Shown: positions 48,748 to 61,543 of the stretch, one piece after another
How the letters are laid out: each line of letters opens with the position of its first letter
Numbering within the stretch: position 1 is the stretch's first letter
Assembly: GCA_949358305.1 (NCBI GenBank)
Contig: OX442314.1
Span: 27,280,001 to 27,344,000 of the forward strand
DNA from: Strigamia acuminata
Taxonomy: Eukaryota
Direction: 5' to 3'
Length of the DNA: 64,000 nucleotides
Made by a program: the position numbers and the translations under genes
The notes under the pieces: generated by a model
Told to the model about the DNA's origin: nothing
Databases searched by the model: none
Seen by the model: only the letters and a program-made list of their open reading frames with translations

Positions 48748-51700
48748 TTAATTGATTGCCAAAAAATGCATGAAATCGGCTTTATTCTCCTGCGGTGTTC
48801 GTGTGGGACGTCCCAAATCCTTTCTTCCTCCCTTGCTGACTTTTATTTCTAAAAACACCGGTCCATCCATACTGCGGATGACTTTAACCGCTTCTTTCAC
48901 TTCGTCTTCAGTAATAGCAGTAAAGCACTGAATTATTAAACAAAACTATGTTAATATCTTACAGAAAACACCAGAGAAACTCATTTGCATCACCTGCTTA
49001 TAGCCACATCCCTTAGCGATAGCAGAGAAAGAGAAATCCTTGTGATTACCGGCATCCGTGGGTTGTGCACCGACAGAATCGTGACATCCATTGTTGATAA
49101 GAATGTGTTTGAGATTTGGAACTTTGCTCTGGCCAATTGTAGCAAATGTGCCCATGTGCATTATGGCTGCTCCATCCCCATCTAAACAAAACACTTGTCT
49201 CCTTGGTCTGTTAAGTGCAATGCCCAAAGCTAAGGCTGAAGCATGTCCCATGGATCCTACGGTAAGGAAGTCTCGTTCGTGTCCCTGGTCTTTCGCCACA
49301 CTATAGAAGAAACAGGCCAGTAAAGTCGCATTTCTCCTTTAATTATGTATTCTACGTACCGATATTCAAATAACTCTCTCGATAACATTCCAGTGGTTCC
49401 AACTATTACATCACGGTCATGTATAACATCAACAATACCCTTCACAGCACCTTCGCGATTCAGAGGAAATCTATGTAAAGTAGAAAACATTAAATATAGT
49501 GTACAGCACATGACCATTGATTGATTTAGGTATTAGACATTTTGACATTAGACATTCCGAGGTGGATCCATCTGCGCATGCTATCTTGATGCCAAAATCA
49601 AACGAACAAATCCCCATGCGCGTACACACAAACGCAACAAGTATATAATTTTTAGAAATAATAAAATAATGGCACTGTTCACTACCGTCTTCACCCGAAT
49701 GGTGCAGGATGGTGTTGTATTCGAGTTTTTTAAAAAACCTCAAAGGGACTATAATATGCGCGATATTCATATGCGCGACGTCGCGGTTAAGAACAAAAAA
49801 GGTATTCTTAACCGCGACGTCGCGTATGTGAATACTTTTTATATTCGTACGAGCGACATTCTGGGACGTCTTTATTCACATCCGCGACGTCGCGGTTAAG
49901 GATTCCTTTTTTATTCTTAACCGCGACGTCGCACATATGAATAATAATATTCAGCCTATTATTACGCGCGCTAATCTAATAATTAAGTGTATTCATTTTT
50001 GATTGTTGATTACATTACAGTTTAATTATTATTTTATTATTTCTTACTATTTTACTTAATTTTGAGAACTCTAGTTTTAATTAACAACAGAAGATGCGAA
50101 GGGTGGATGCGACAACGTTCCTGCAGTACGGGCAACGCGGGGTTGTTCTTGCACGTTGGGCATCGGCCATTATGCTTGTGGCACACGGCGCGTTTTGCGG
50201 CGCGAATCGCGTCGCAAAAATGGCGTCAGGTGGCATCTGATTGGTTGCGATCAAAATCGCCGACCAAAAAGTACCTGCACCAAGTACTTTGGCGACGCGA
50301 TTCGCGTCGTAAAACGCGCCGTGTGCCACAAGCATTACACGGGCGCTGGATTCCGTGCAAAAATAGGCGTGTGCACGAATTGCGCAATGCAAACGTGACG
50401 TCGCGCATAAGAATAATTTCCGATGTCGCGCTTACGAATTGCGACAAGATTCGTAAGCGCGACATCGCGTGTGTGAATATGTGTCAACATGTACAGTATT
50501 TGTAACCGCGACAAGCACTGTCGCGGTTACGAATATCGCGCGTATTATTCAACATCACCTCAAATTTGTAAACATGGTCAAAAAATTCGAATACAACAAG
50601 ATGGTGTTATATTCGAATTCAGATTCGGATTCAAATTTTGTCCTAAATTAATTTTTGGCATGTGTACAAATTCAAAGGTTTCCGATACATATATACGGCC
50701 AAGAAACGTTATGTTTCAACGATGTTGTTACTTTTGGTTCGAATATAACACCATGGTTTTGTATTCGAATACAACACGAGGGCCGTGTTTTATTCGAACA
50801 TAACACCATCCTGCACTATTCGGGTGAAGACGGTAGTGTATTGTATTTCTGTATTTTAGACAATATGCCCTTAAAGAAACTTCTGATTGAATCAACTTTC
50901 TTAAGTGTAAAAACCACAGAAAACTCCAGTTTTGATTGCACTATAACTTACTCAAATTGCTCTTCTGTTTTCAGTTTAAACGGAAGAAAAGTTTGACGTT
51001 TGACTAGTAGTGCGTAAGGAGCTTTGACTGTGGAAAGATGTTGCCGAGCGGTCATAAGTGCTTGTTCAGCACCTTCAATGTAATCGGGTAATGGTTGGAA
51101 TGGAATTCCCATGGCAGCTATAAATACAAAACAATTATGAATATTTGAATTGATAAACTGATTGGATCTCGAAATGACTACCTAGAAGCCCTGGTGTAAC
51201 TTGTCCCTGAACCTTATGCTGTGGTTCATCTCTTTTGCCTGGTTCACCACGCCACCCTATGAGCAATAACATGGGTATTCTATAAACTTCTTGTTGAGCC
51301 AAAGAAATGAGAGGATTAATCGTATTTCCCAGTCCAGAATTCTGCGCCATAAAAAAAACAATCATTGTAGTATTACCATAAGTTCTAAAAATCAATAACA
51401 AACTTGAAGGTAAACAAGTCCACATTTTCCAGTTGCTAGGTGATATCCGCTTGCCAAAGCAATGGCACTTCCTTCATTACATGTGATAATGTGTTTGTGT
51501 TTCGGAACATTTGTAGTGACGTACGCACAGAAATCTACAGGAAATATAAAAATTACGATAAACATTTAATATGAATGGGAACTCGCGATTTGTTCACTTA
51601 GTCGAATTTGTATTCATTTTGTTGGCAATCGTTTTGTCGACATAACAATTTGCCTCGCCCAAACTATTGGGTCATTTTGTCGACGCAATAGACCGGTACG

Positions 51701-54700
51701 TTTTGTCTACGTATTATTTTGTCGACAAACGTCGAAATGTGAATGGGAATGAATACGCAAGATACAATACAAAAGTGTCTAATGTATTAAGGGGGCCTAC
51801 TTCAACAGGGGCCTACAGAACCGTCATCGGGCAAGCTGACCCCTGGCCCGTTCGGCATTGCACAGAACTACTTCAGTAAAACATAATGACTGATTTTCAA
51901 CAAAAGAAAATTTGGGGTCTTTGTGGTCGCAAAGCCCCTAGACCCTAGACAGCCTAGCTTGCCTACCCTAAAACCGCCACTGTTAGAACACAAAAGTCAA
52001 ATAGCATCACGCCTGGTTAGAGACTTGAAATACCGTATTTTATCGATTAACCCTTCCAACCCGAAAGTATTGGTCTCCCCTCTCTCCCTAAGATGGGCAT
52101 TTTTTGACCCAGATTCTGCGCATGTGCAAAATCCGGGTTTTGGGGAATTCCTAACATCTAGCCAATGGGGTTAAATTGACTCTTCATGTAGTGAACGCCA
52201 TATGGACGTGGTGGACATGATTGACATTAGCGGAGCCTGCTGATGATCATGATTTATGTCCTTTAGACTCCTAAGATGGGTCTTTTTTGACCCAGTTAAT
52301 CTTTGGGTTCAAATTACAGATAAAATTAAAAAATTAAAACATTTCAGTTGTGTTATAGTGTCTACTGATGTTTCAAAGGAATAGTCAGCAAAAATCAGAT
52401 AAAAAAAAAATTTATTTCACATAAAAATAATGATTTTTTTAAAATGGGGTCACATAATGACCCATCTTAGGGTTGGAAGGGTTAAGAGCCGCGGCTCTTA
52501 TTCAAAACTGCCATTTTTGTCAGCAAATACAATTTCGGTTTTTCGTTTGTTACATTTGTTTAATGTAACAAACGAAGTCTGAACATCACGTACTAAGCGT
52601 ACGTTCATCGTTCGTGAGGTTAAATACGGAAACAATACCGTACTTTTACCAAAATACGGTATTCTTGGTGTCTCAGCCGCGGCTACTATTCGAGGGCGAC
52701 TCTTAATCGGTAAAATACGGTAGTGGCCTCCTGAGCATCCCTTTGTTTCTCAACCTTGTCTTATTTAAAGTGCTGTTTCTACGACAAGAACATCTGCCAC
52801 CTGCCTCCAACTAGGTTTGCTGTGGTTCTAACCACCGGTTTAGCATAACAAATACATTTCTTATTTATTCATGTTGACATACCTTTGAGTAGAGAGTCTG
52901 GAACACCACAAAAGAAATCGATTCCTATGTTTTGTATTGCTTTGTAAAAGTCAGCTGGCTCCAGAAAGTCTCGAACTAACTCCGTCATCAACCCTTCTTC
53001 CTTGTTTCTCTGCTGTTGTATGGCAACTTGCTGCATAAAAATGAATGAAAACTTTATTTTAATAGTTGTTTATTTTTTGTATGTTATTGATTATTTGTTT
53101 TGAAATAATTACAAATCAATGTTAGTATTTGTTTATGAAAAACTACAGAAAAGTGTTAGTGTAAAAGAAGTTAGAGGTGTAAATTTACTAATTTTTCATC
53201 TTCCTTAAAGGATTTCTTATTTTGTTACCTGCTCGTGAGTCAGCTAAAGCAATTCAACAGGTCGACACAGTTGAACGCCAAGAAAGAAAAACTCGTTACT
53301 AAATATTCAATTTAAAATGAATTATTTAGTTAAACGCAAGCTGATCTGATAACAATGCCATTTTTTGCAACAATGCACAAAATTATCAAATAACTACTAC
53401 ACAACAGAATATAATGCAGCAATATCCATTTAACACCTGATTTCACTCGAATAAATTTTTTTATTTTGCATATTCTTATTTTTATTTTGCATATTCTTAT
53501 TTTTATTTTGCATATTCTTATTTTTATTTTGCATAAAATGAAATTTTTGGTGCATATTTTATGCACATAAAACAAATTTTATTTTTCATAAATATCCAAG
53601 ATCTAGTTATAATGAACCGATTACTCGGGTCCCTTGCGATTCGTTAGAACGAGGCTCGACTGTATAATTGGACCTCTGTTGGAATAAACAAGCAATGTTC
53701 AATTTATTCCACTTAATTGTGTTATTTTCACAATTTTTTATGAGTATAGACCAGTGACTATAATGGGATTTTGCTGCTACCATTTGTAATAAGTAATCCC
53801 TCTATTTGTCTCAGAAGCAGAGCCATAACAGTGAGAAGCGTGGCGAATGAGAAAAATGTGCAGCATGCACATAAAAAATTTATCGTTCTAGGTGGCAACG
53901 TGGAAGTAATAAAATTTTTCCAATACAAATGGAACAAATATGTAAATAAATAAATAGATAGATAAATAAATAAACAAACAAATAAATAAACCAATTTAAA
54001 ATATTATTATTATGGCAGTCAGTTTGTGATTAATGAAACCCTTTAGGTTGTAACTTAAGATAGAACACAAATTGATTCTGGCTGGTAATAGGTTTTCCTG
54101 TGTCAGCCTTCGGGTTCCATAAAAACTTCACAAGCTATGAAATGTAATTCCATTGAAAACATCTGGAACTACGCCCGCAAAACGATGTTTAGTCGTATGG
54201 TGTTTTAAGCCTAGTTTAAAGACTGTTTGGAATAAATGAAGTACATCCAATTTAGAATGCACCCCAATTGTTACCATATTTCTTCGATTCTAAGACGCAT
54301 TTTTTTCCCCACATAAACATCTCTGCAAGCGGGGTGCGTCTTACAATTGATGGCGTCTTAGCATCGAAGAAATACGGTATTTCGAAACCAAGAAGTCTCA
54401 AACTTTTTAACATTACGACCCACTTTTCAGAAAGGCAATCTATCATGACTTATTACATCCCGGCACATTAAATTTTTTCAGTAGCTGCATTCAAAAATTA
54501 AAATAAGAATTTTAGTTTAAGTGTTTTTTAAGTTTTAACATGGGTTTAAACAGGAAATGATGTCATTTTTGGTTTAAAATTGAAGTAAAACACAAAATAT
54601 TTTAGTTTTTGAATGCAGCTACTGATACTTATTGACTAGCCAGAAAAAGTCATCTTTTCACCAACAACTGTTTTTTTTTCTCTTTTGACATCAATTTTAT

Positions 54701-55624
54701 TTATTTATTTATTTATTTCCATAACTCTGACATGTTGTGTGTTGTTCGATCTTCCGCTACAAGTTAGAAAGACAGACATGGAAATTGCTATTGCCATCAG
54801 TGCTGGACTGGTCCGGTGGCCCATGGCGAGCCCATCGTAGCCTGTCCCTGTGGCCCGACCCATCCAGATTTCCCGGTACTAAATTTGTACACAGTCCAGC
54901 CCTGATTGCGACAAAACCATCGAAGGGAGATCGTGAAGTTTTTATCAATTCTTTGATAATGTTAGCTGAAGCTTTAATAAAAAATATTTAGTGATAAATT
55001 TTTAACCTTGACAATGTGCGTTTGGACATAAATTCACAATACATGTGTGTATCTTTTACTGTTGCATAATCACAAATAAAAATAATAAAATAAAATAAAA
55101 GCATGTACAGATTAATATTGCATCAAATGAACAATACAATGTGGAACTCAAGTCCAGCAAATGGCATTTACATGAAACTCAAGCAGATCAACTTCCATTC
55201 AACTGTGATTGTGTTTATTTAAGTTTAACTCAATATAAAATGGCAATCCTGGGTTAAATTTACCAGAAACAGACATCTTTTTTTTCTTTTTTTCAATGGA
55301 ATCTAATTGGTTTTCAGGCTTTTTGTGCCCCTATACTTCTTCTTTCAAAAGGTAATTGAAACCACATTTTATATTCAGTTAAAACATCATTTTAACAAAA
55401 AAAAGAGATTTTTTTTTTATGTAAAGTGATATTTTTTTAAAAGTTCATATTTCACATCCTGGCACTAAAAAACTTACAATTTCTGAGTGTGGAGTCTGCA
55501 AAAGTGTAGATGACGTCATTAAAGACTTCTTGAAAATACTTGTGCTAATGAGTGTTTGATCTTTAAGTATTGATTTCGATGCATTTACAACTTGAAAAAT
55601 GCTTTTCATCAATTTATTGCTCAT
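48748..55624 (-). CDS. ppd: Phosphonopyruvate decarboxylase (ThDP-dependent; 2-aminoethylphosphonate biosynthesis), 449 aa with N-terminal extension
   Basis: Exons 55624-55478, 53030-52883, 51534-51404, 51341-51182, 51117-50952, 49470-49360, 49300-48994, 48927-48748 (1350 nt, in frame). Ppd motifs [76 protein letters not shown], ThDP motif [23 protein letters not shown]. Confidence 0.93.
49680..50838. mobile_element. Non-autonomous TIR element with CACTA...TAGTG ends in a ppd intron
   Basis: TIR cactaccgtcttcacccgaatggtgcaggatggtgtt / aacaccatcctgcactattcgggtgaagacggtagtg; internal cgcgacgtcgcg palindromes and a ~50-bp inverted repeat (50170-50338). TSD not evident. Confidence 0.8.
52033..52720. 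mobile_element. pogo/Tigger-type MITE (TA TSD) whose left TIR is split by a piggyBac-type MITE (52051-52481)
   Basis: Outer TIR ccgtattttatcgattaa|gagccgc versus gcgactcttaatcggtaaaatacgg. Inner element cccttccaaccc / gggttggaaggg with TTAA duplicated at 52047-52050 and 52482-52485. Confidence 0.88.
53456..53535. repeat. 21-bp tandem repeat (ttttattttgcatattcttat) x~4
   Basis: Directly visible; source of the KIKIRIC ORF. Confidence 0.85.
54274..54377. mobile_element. pogo/Tigger-type MITE
   Basis: ccatatttcttcgattctaagacgc / gcgtcttagcatcgaagaaatacgg with TA flanks. Confidence 0.8.
54479..54624. mobile_element. Small TIR element (cagtagctgcattcaaaaa ends)
   Basis: ~25-bp inverted ends. Confidence 0.65.
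54798..54904. mobile_element. hAT-type MITE
   Basis: cagtgctggactg / cagtccagccctg ends with degenerate 8-bp TSD attgccat / attgcgac. Confidence 0.6.
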
Positions 55625-57496
55625 GGTTCCTGTAAAAATAAATAAATAAAAACCAGACATCAATTTAAAACAAATAAAAAAAATTACAGGATGCTACGCT
55701 GTGACGTCATTCACGAATAGTCTCGATGTAATTTATCGATCTGCAGAATACTTTTACGAGTCGCATTAAGCGGAAATCGATTTTTTTAAATTAAATTCCA
55801 GCTCAGACAGAAAAATCCAGACGTTTTTTCATTATTTCTTTCGAAATTTCACGACACACTGAATAAACAAACCGGCGGTTTATTGTTGTCTGCGCAGATG
55901 TTTCGCATTTAATGTGTCTACGCGCATCTCAATTAGAGCCATATCGTACACACGATCACCCAGCTGCTCAAACCTAACTTGTTTCATACTTTTTCTTGAT
56001 TGCAACTTACCGGTAATTTGGAATGTGGTACTTCCTATGACAAATATCACGAAAAGACTTGTTATCGCACTTACACCGCGGATGTCAAATTCTGATTCTA
56101 CATCTGTTTCTCATTGGTCGATCGATTATGTCGCCTTTACGCCATCTCCTGTGAGAACACTACATTACACAAGAGGAGTCACGTTTATACGAGTAGGACA
56201 TCTTGTGGTGAAATTTTGTGGTAATTACCGCGAAGTGACATCATCGTTCCCTGCTGCATTCATAGCTAGGCATCTTACACTGTAGAGTCGTCACCTTTCG
56301 CACGGAAATAGATATTCGAATCTAATCGTTTGGTTGAACAAGATTTTAAGTAAGTATTGAATTAATTGCATGTTGATCACGGTGTGCGAGGGTCTTGAAT
56401 GGGTTGGCATTGATTAGTCCTGTGATTTAATTGATAAATCGAATGATTTGTTTTTATGACAATTGCTGCAGATAAGAAATTGTGCAATGAATAAATCTGC
56501 ATTTATATCAGTTTTGGAAGGTTTTATATTGAAAAATGTGTAAATTTGGACGAGGAAGTTGTTATTTATTCAGAAAATAGATTTACTGGTTTTATTTTGT
56601 GCTTCTTATTAAGTATTAATTCAGGAAATCTGAATTTTGACAATTTGTCATTAAAAATTACGTAGAATCTCTGTGTGCAGGTGAAGGTGAATTGTTCTGA
56701 TATTGTTTTTGTGTGTAAAGAAATTAAGTTGCGTGGGAAGAAAAATTATTTAGTATTCAAAACATACGATTTATTAAACAAACATGTAGCTTCATCTTTT
56801 GAAAAGGTTTAGGACAGCGCTTTTAAAAGTGGTGATATTAAATAGGCTTAGTGCAGCAATGGAGCATTGGGACAAAAAATACTGGCCCATTACATAGTTT
56901 CAGAAGCACGGGTTTGGGATATTTTAGTTTTATGGCTGAAAAATTAAATTTAAATTTGTTTATATTGTTTTAACCAGTCGAAATGTAAAAGTTAACATGT
57001 CAAATTTTACGTTTAAACTGGCTCAAAAAATATAAACAAGTTTAAATGACTGTCCTTCCAAATGCCTAAATAAGAAATTTAACTGACAAATTACGATATT
57101 AGATCGACATCGTCAAAGGACAAGCAAATTTTGCTTAACCAATTTGAACGCAATTAACTAATAAGAGGTACCGTATACTACTCCTTGCCAAAAAAATGGA
57201 ATAATCACTTTTTTGAAACTATTAATATTTGATATTTCTCAGAAAATATTTCTCACAAGTAAAAATGGTTTTAGGAGGATTTAAAGGATTGTTAGAGCTA
57301 TCATTTCGTTAAAAGTTTTTTGGAAAAAAATGAATAGTTAAAGAGAAAAAAATTAAAAACTCCAAAAAGTGACAATTTACAATATTTCTCATAACTTGTA
57401 AACAGAATGAGATAAAATTAAAAACTAAACAGATTTGAGACTGTTTATATCCCAGGAAACTTTTCTATATTGGATGTATGGGTCTCCAAGGCCCTC

Positions 57497-57729
57497 AAAA
57501 AAAGGCGTAAAGGAGCTATGTAAAGGGGTTGACAACACCTATTTTTCGAAAAATCGTGGCGAGCACAAATGTTGACGAATCAAGTCATAACTATAACATG
57601 TTATAGTATGACACAATAATGCTTCAATGCTAAATTTTCGTTTCAATTCGTCAACAGTTGTGCTCGCCACGATTTTTCGAAAAATAGTTGTTGTCAACCC
57701 CTTTACATAGCTCCATTACGCCTTTTTTT
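57497..57729. repeat. Long inverted repeat with ~85-bp arms
   Basis: aaaaaaggcgtaaaggagctatgtaaaggggttgacaacacctatttttcgaaaaatcgtggcgagcacaa is mirrored with few mismatches at ~57645-57729. Confidence 0.85.
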
Positions 57730-58538
57730 GAGTGCAGAATTATTTATATTTTAAATTGAATTTTTATTTTTAAAATTCATGTAAGTGGATTTTTAACTTT
57801 AAGTCTGCTTCATATAGTTCCCATTCCAGGTAAGCTCAATTTATGTTAAAAGCAACCCATCAATATTTAGTCTGCAATTACGTAGTGAATGATCAAACCA
57901 TAAAAGTAGAACTGGCACCAACATTAAGTCCATGCCCACAAAGCGGCGAGAAATTTTCCACAATTTGGTTTGGAAAACATTTGAGAGTAGTAAGACTTCA
58001 TTGATTTAATCAAGTAGATTGAAGTTTTAACTTAAAGGTGAAATAGCATTGCCTCAATCTATTTTTTCTGCTTTATATTCTTCTATAATGTTGTCGCAAA
58101 GTTCTGTTTAGTTTTATTAATTATAATTATAAGCGCTGCACAGATTGTGATGTTTCCTTAAAGTGGGCATCTTAGGCATGGTTTGTCCACCGGGCACAGG
58201 AGTTTGGAAAATCTAGCATAACTGGAGTGTTTAGAATTCATTTGTTTTTATTAACCTTTTATTACATTTGTATTTGTGAAACTTTAATTACTTAACTTTT
58301 TAGTCTTTGTTTTGTTTAATTGGCGTTTCCCCAATTGAGGAGATATTGGAGTGTTCTACTCCATTGGTCAATGCTTGACCTTTGTTATTTGTATGACACA
58401 TGTTTCCAGTGCCCCTATTTTAATTTTTGAATAAACAGTTATGTTAATTCCGTTATACTTTCATTCGCTAAATCGTAATCGACTACAATCAATGCTCAGA
58501 ACACAATAGTAACCTTATACCATGTTCGCACTAGACTG

Positions 58539-59365
58539 CAGGGGTCGGCAACCTTTTGAGACAGAAGAGCCAAAAGTTAAAATTTACATAATTTCCCAGT
58601 TTTTAAAGAGCCACTAACACACATACTAGTATATATATATGTATATTCTCATACCGTACTGCCTTGAACAATGGCCGGGCGCAATTAAGCGCCGGCTTTT
58701 GATTAAGCGCCTGGCAACCGCCAGCCGAAAAACCAATAAGCGCCTGCCTAGAATAAATGCCGGGCGCGTTTAAACGCCGGGTTAACCGGAAAATACTTTA
58801 AAAACGGTTATTAAAAACGGTTTTTAGTAGCCTTTTGGAGGAAACTTCGACGGACGAAACCTCAACAAACGAAACGTTCGGAGTCAGCAACTTTTTTTTT
58901 GGATAGAGGCCTGGCTTAAATAATCGCCTGGTTTTGAATAAGCGCCTGGCGGGCGAGTTGAAAAAAAATTAAACGCCCGGGCCATTGTTCAAGGCAGTAC
59001 GGTATATATATACATATATTACTTTAGCAACTCCCGTTTTAGCGACGCCGTGTTTCAGCTGCTTAGATTCAGCTAGGTTAGGTTAGTTTAGGTCAGGTTA
59101 GGTTAGGTTAGGTTAGTTTAGGTCAGGTTAGGACAGGTTAGGTTAATTTGGTTAGGTTAGTTTGGTTAGGATAGGTCAGGTTACGTTAGGTTTAATTAGG
59201 TTAAAAAACGGGCGTTGCTAAAGTGAAGTACATTCCTCCAGTACTCAGTACTCAGTACTACACTTTAGCGACGACCGTTTTAGGGACGCCGTTTTAACTG
59301 GAGAGCCGCATCTTGACATCGAAAGAGCCGCATGTGGCTCGCGAGCCGCAGGTTGCCGACCCCCG
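58539..59365. mobile_element. hAT MITE (same family as 5533-5676) with two nested elements: pogo-type 58654-59002 and TTAGG-bearing 59021-59224
   Basis: Outer caggggtcggcaacc / ggttgccgacccccg with cactaga-containing flanks. Inner ccgtactgccttgaacaatggcc TIR with TA TSD, and inner actttagcaac(t/g)cccgtttt TIR around a (TTAGG)n-like array. Confidence 0.85.
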
Positions 59366-60614
59366 CACTAGAGAGTTAAGCAACGATAAGCATAGTGGTG
59401 CATTTGCAGCATCTTCAACCATGCAGTCTGCACCCATTCATCTACATCTCTGTTCCACCCTCGTTAATCGTTGTTGGGATGCAGATACAATTAACAGCAC
59501 AGCGACAGTTACCACAAGTTTGCATTTGCTACAGTTTAAGCCTGGTGTCTTGAGGCTACATTCAGACTGAGCATCACATTCTTGAAGAGCTGGAGAGTCG
59601 GAATAAAAGTAGAAACTCGGTTAAACTGGTGCGGCATATCGGACACAGCGACCGCCATGTTTAATATCGAAAAAACAATAATAAACGATACATGCATCGA
59701 GGCTAATTTGCACTCGATCAACAACGGATAGAATAAATCAATGGTTAACATCATTCATTGATTCATTCTTTACAATGAATAAAACGCACCGACAAATACA
59801 ATCGATAACTAAAAGCATATACAAGAACGACAATTGCCCTCTCGAGCAGACGACACAATGGGCACGTGCTAAAATGAATAAACGTTCAACCGCGGTACTG
59901 AAACCAAGCGTATGAATAAAAACAGAATCGGTTGAACACAATATCGGGACATTAAATATTAGCACGCTTACTGCACATATCCGGAAAGTGTGCAATGAAA
60001 AATACATGTAAACATTATTTGCACAAACAGATAAACACTTCAAACAGTCAAAACCCAATAATTCTGGCACGCATTTAATGTGGCAATTATCAAGCTTGTG
60101 GCGCACAAAGGAAATAAAGCAACAACATTTTGCTATCATGCTGTAAGCTGCTTCTGTTAATGAGTTTATTTGTGGTTTAATTACTCAATTTTAGCATTAT
60201 TAGGCCTAATAAATATTATGCTTACTTCTTAGTACTGCTAGGGAATCATCTGCGCAGAACAGATTGCGTACGGTATTGTTTGAATTTGGCATCAATATAA
60301 GGGGCACGAACTATAGGCACATATTTACTAGGTACATACAAAACTTAATTCGTTTATTAAAACCGACTCCTGGTTTGTTGATAGATGGTTTTATAACATC
60401 GGTTTAGAAGTTTGAGCAAATTATTTATTAGCTTGCAACCAAGCCAGAGCAATTTTTTTGGAGCCAATTATTAGGTTGATAAAACGACTGTCGGCGAAAT
60501 GATTGGGTCTTTTTGGGTAGAATAGTGCTTTAGAACACTAAAATTACAAAAAAAATTAGATGCCACTTGTTTCGGGAAGTTTGGGGGGGGGGAATAATTG
60601 TCCATCCTTTTTAA

Positions 60615-60956
60615 CCCTCCCCGCCCCAACCTAGGGTCAATTTTGACCTCCAAAAGTCTTTTTATTTTTTTCTCAAAAACTATTAGGATTTTCATTCTGA
60701 AATTTTATGTATTTTCATTTAACATCATAACAAACAATAAAAAAAATAATAGATTTAAAAATCGCAAAAAAAATGTCAATTATTTTTATCGCTCTCTTTT
60801 GACAAATACCGAATTGCTGAAATTTCTTCATAAACATGAAATACTCAGAGAATAAAATCATTTTCACTTATTTTTGGAAAAATTTTTTCGGCTTGGGGTC
60901 AAAAATGACCCGGGTTGGGTGAGTAAGAGATTTTTTTTAGGTTGGGGCTGCGAGGG
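60615..60956. mobile_element. piggyBac-type MITE
   Basis: ttaa|ccctccccgccccaaccta ... taggttggggctgcgaggg|ttaa. Confidence 0.8.
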
Positions 60957-60964
60957 TTAATGTA

Positions 60965-61543
60965 CAGTCGTGAACAAAAAAAACTTCCCTTCAGTTTAGC
61001 TGTTTTAAGTTTATCTATCATTATTTGCCGGTCTATCTTTTAATACTGTTGTTAGGGCAAGACGAGAGACCGGGTCAAGATTGATGTCATTGAAACTCAA
61101 TGGATTTTTATGGAAGTCGGGTCACTTCATCGAATCCCGTTTCATCAAATGGCGGTTTTTTTCGATGAAATGTACCATTTTTTCAACATTTTCGATGAAA
61201 CAGTACAGTAAAAAAATTCAAAAACCAAAAACCTAACCTAACCTGACCTGACCGAACCTGATCTGACCTAACCTACCTAACCTAACCTAACCTGACCTAA
61301 CCTGACCTAACACAACCTAACCTATTCACATAGTCACGTGAATAACATCCCCGATGATGGCTGAAAATTCGATGAAACGTACCAAGCAGAATTTAAATTC
61401 GATGAAACGACCCCCGTTTTCCCACATTTCAAAAAATGATAAAAAATTAGAATTTGATGAAGTGATCCGACCTGATTTTTATGCCACCTGGTAGATAAAC
61501 TTAAAACAGCTAAACTGGAGAGAAGTTTTTTTGTCCACGACTG
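60965..61543. mobile_element. Tc1/mariner-type MITE with a nested (CCTAA)n-bearing TIR element (~61116-61471)
   Basis: ta|cagtcgtgaacaaaaaaaacttc..agtttagctgttttaagtttatcta is mirrored at the right end (gactg|ta). Inner TIR gtcgggtcacttcatc / gatgaagtgatccgac. Confidence 0.82.

Noticed and set aside
50062..50505. Cys/Arg-rich overlapping ORFs on both strands
   Set aside because: Arise from an internal palindrome of the CACTA-ended element.
48748..55624. Bacterial contamination, or acetolactate synthase / pyruvate decarboxylase identity, for the ThDP enzyme
   Set aside because: Seven GT-AG introns with host repeats; [19 protein letters not shown] and [11 protein letters not shown] motifs fit the Ppd family.
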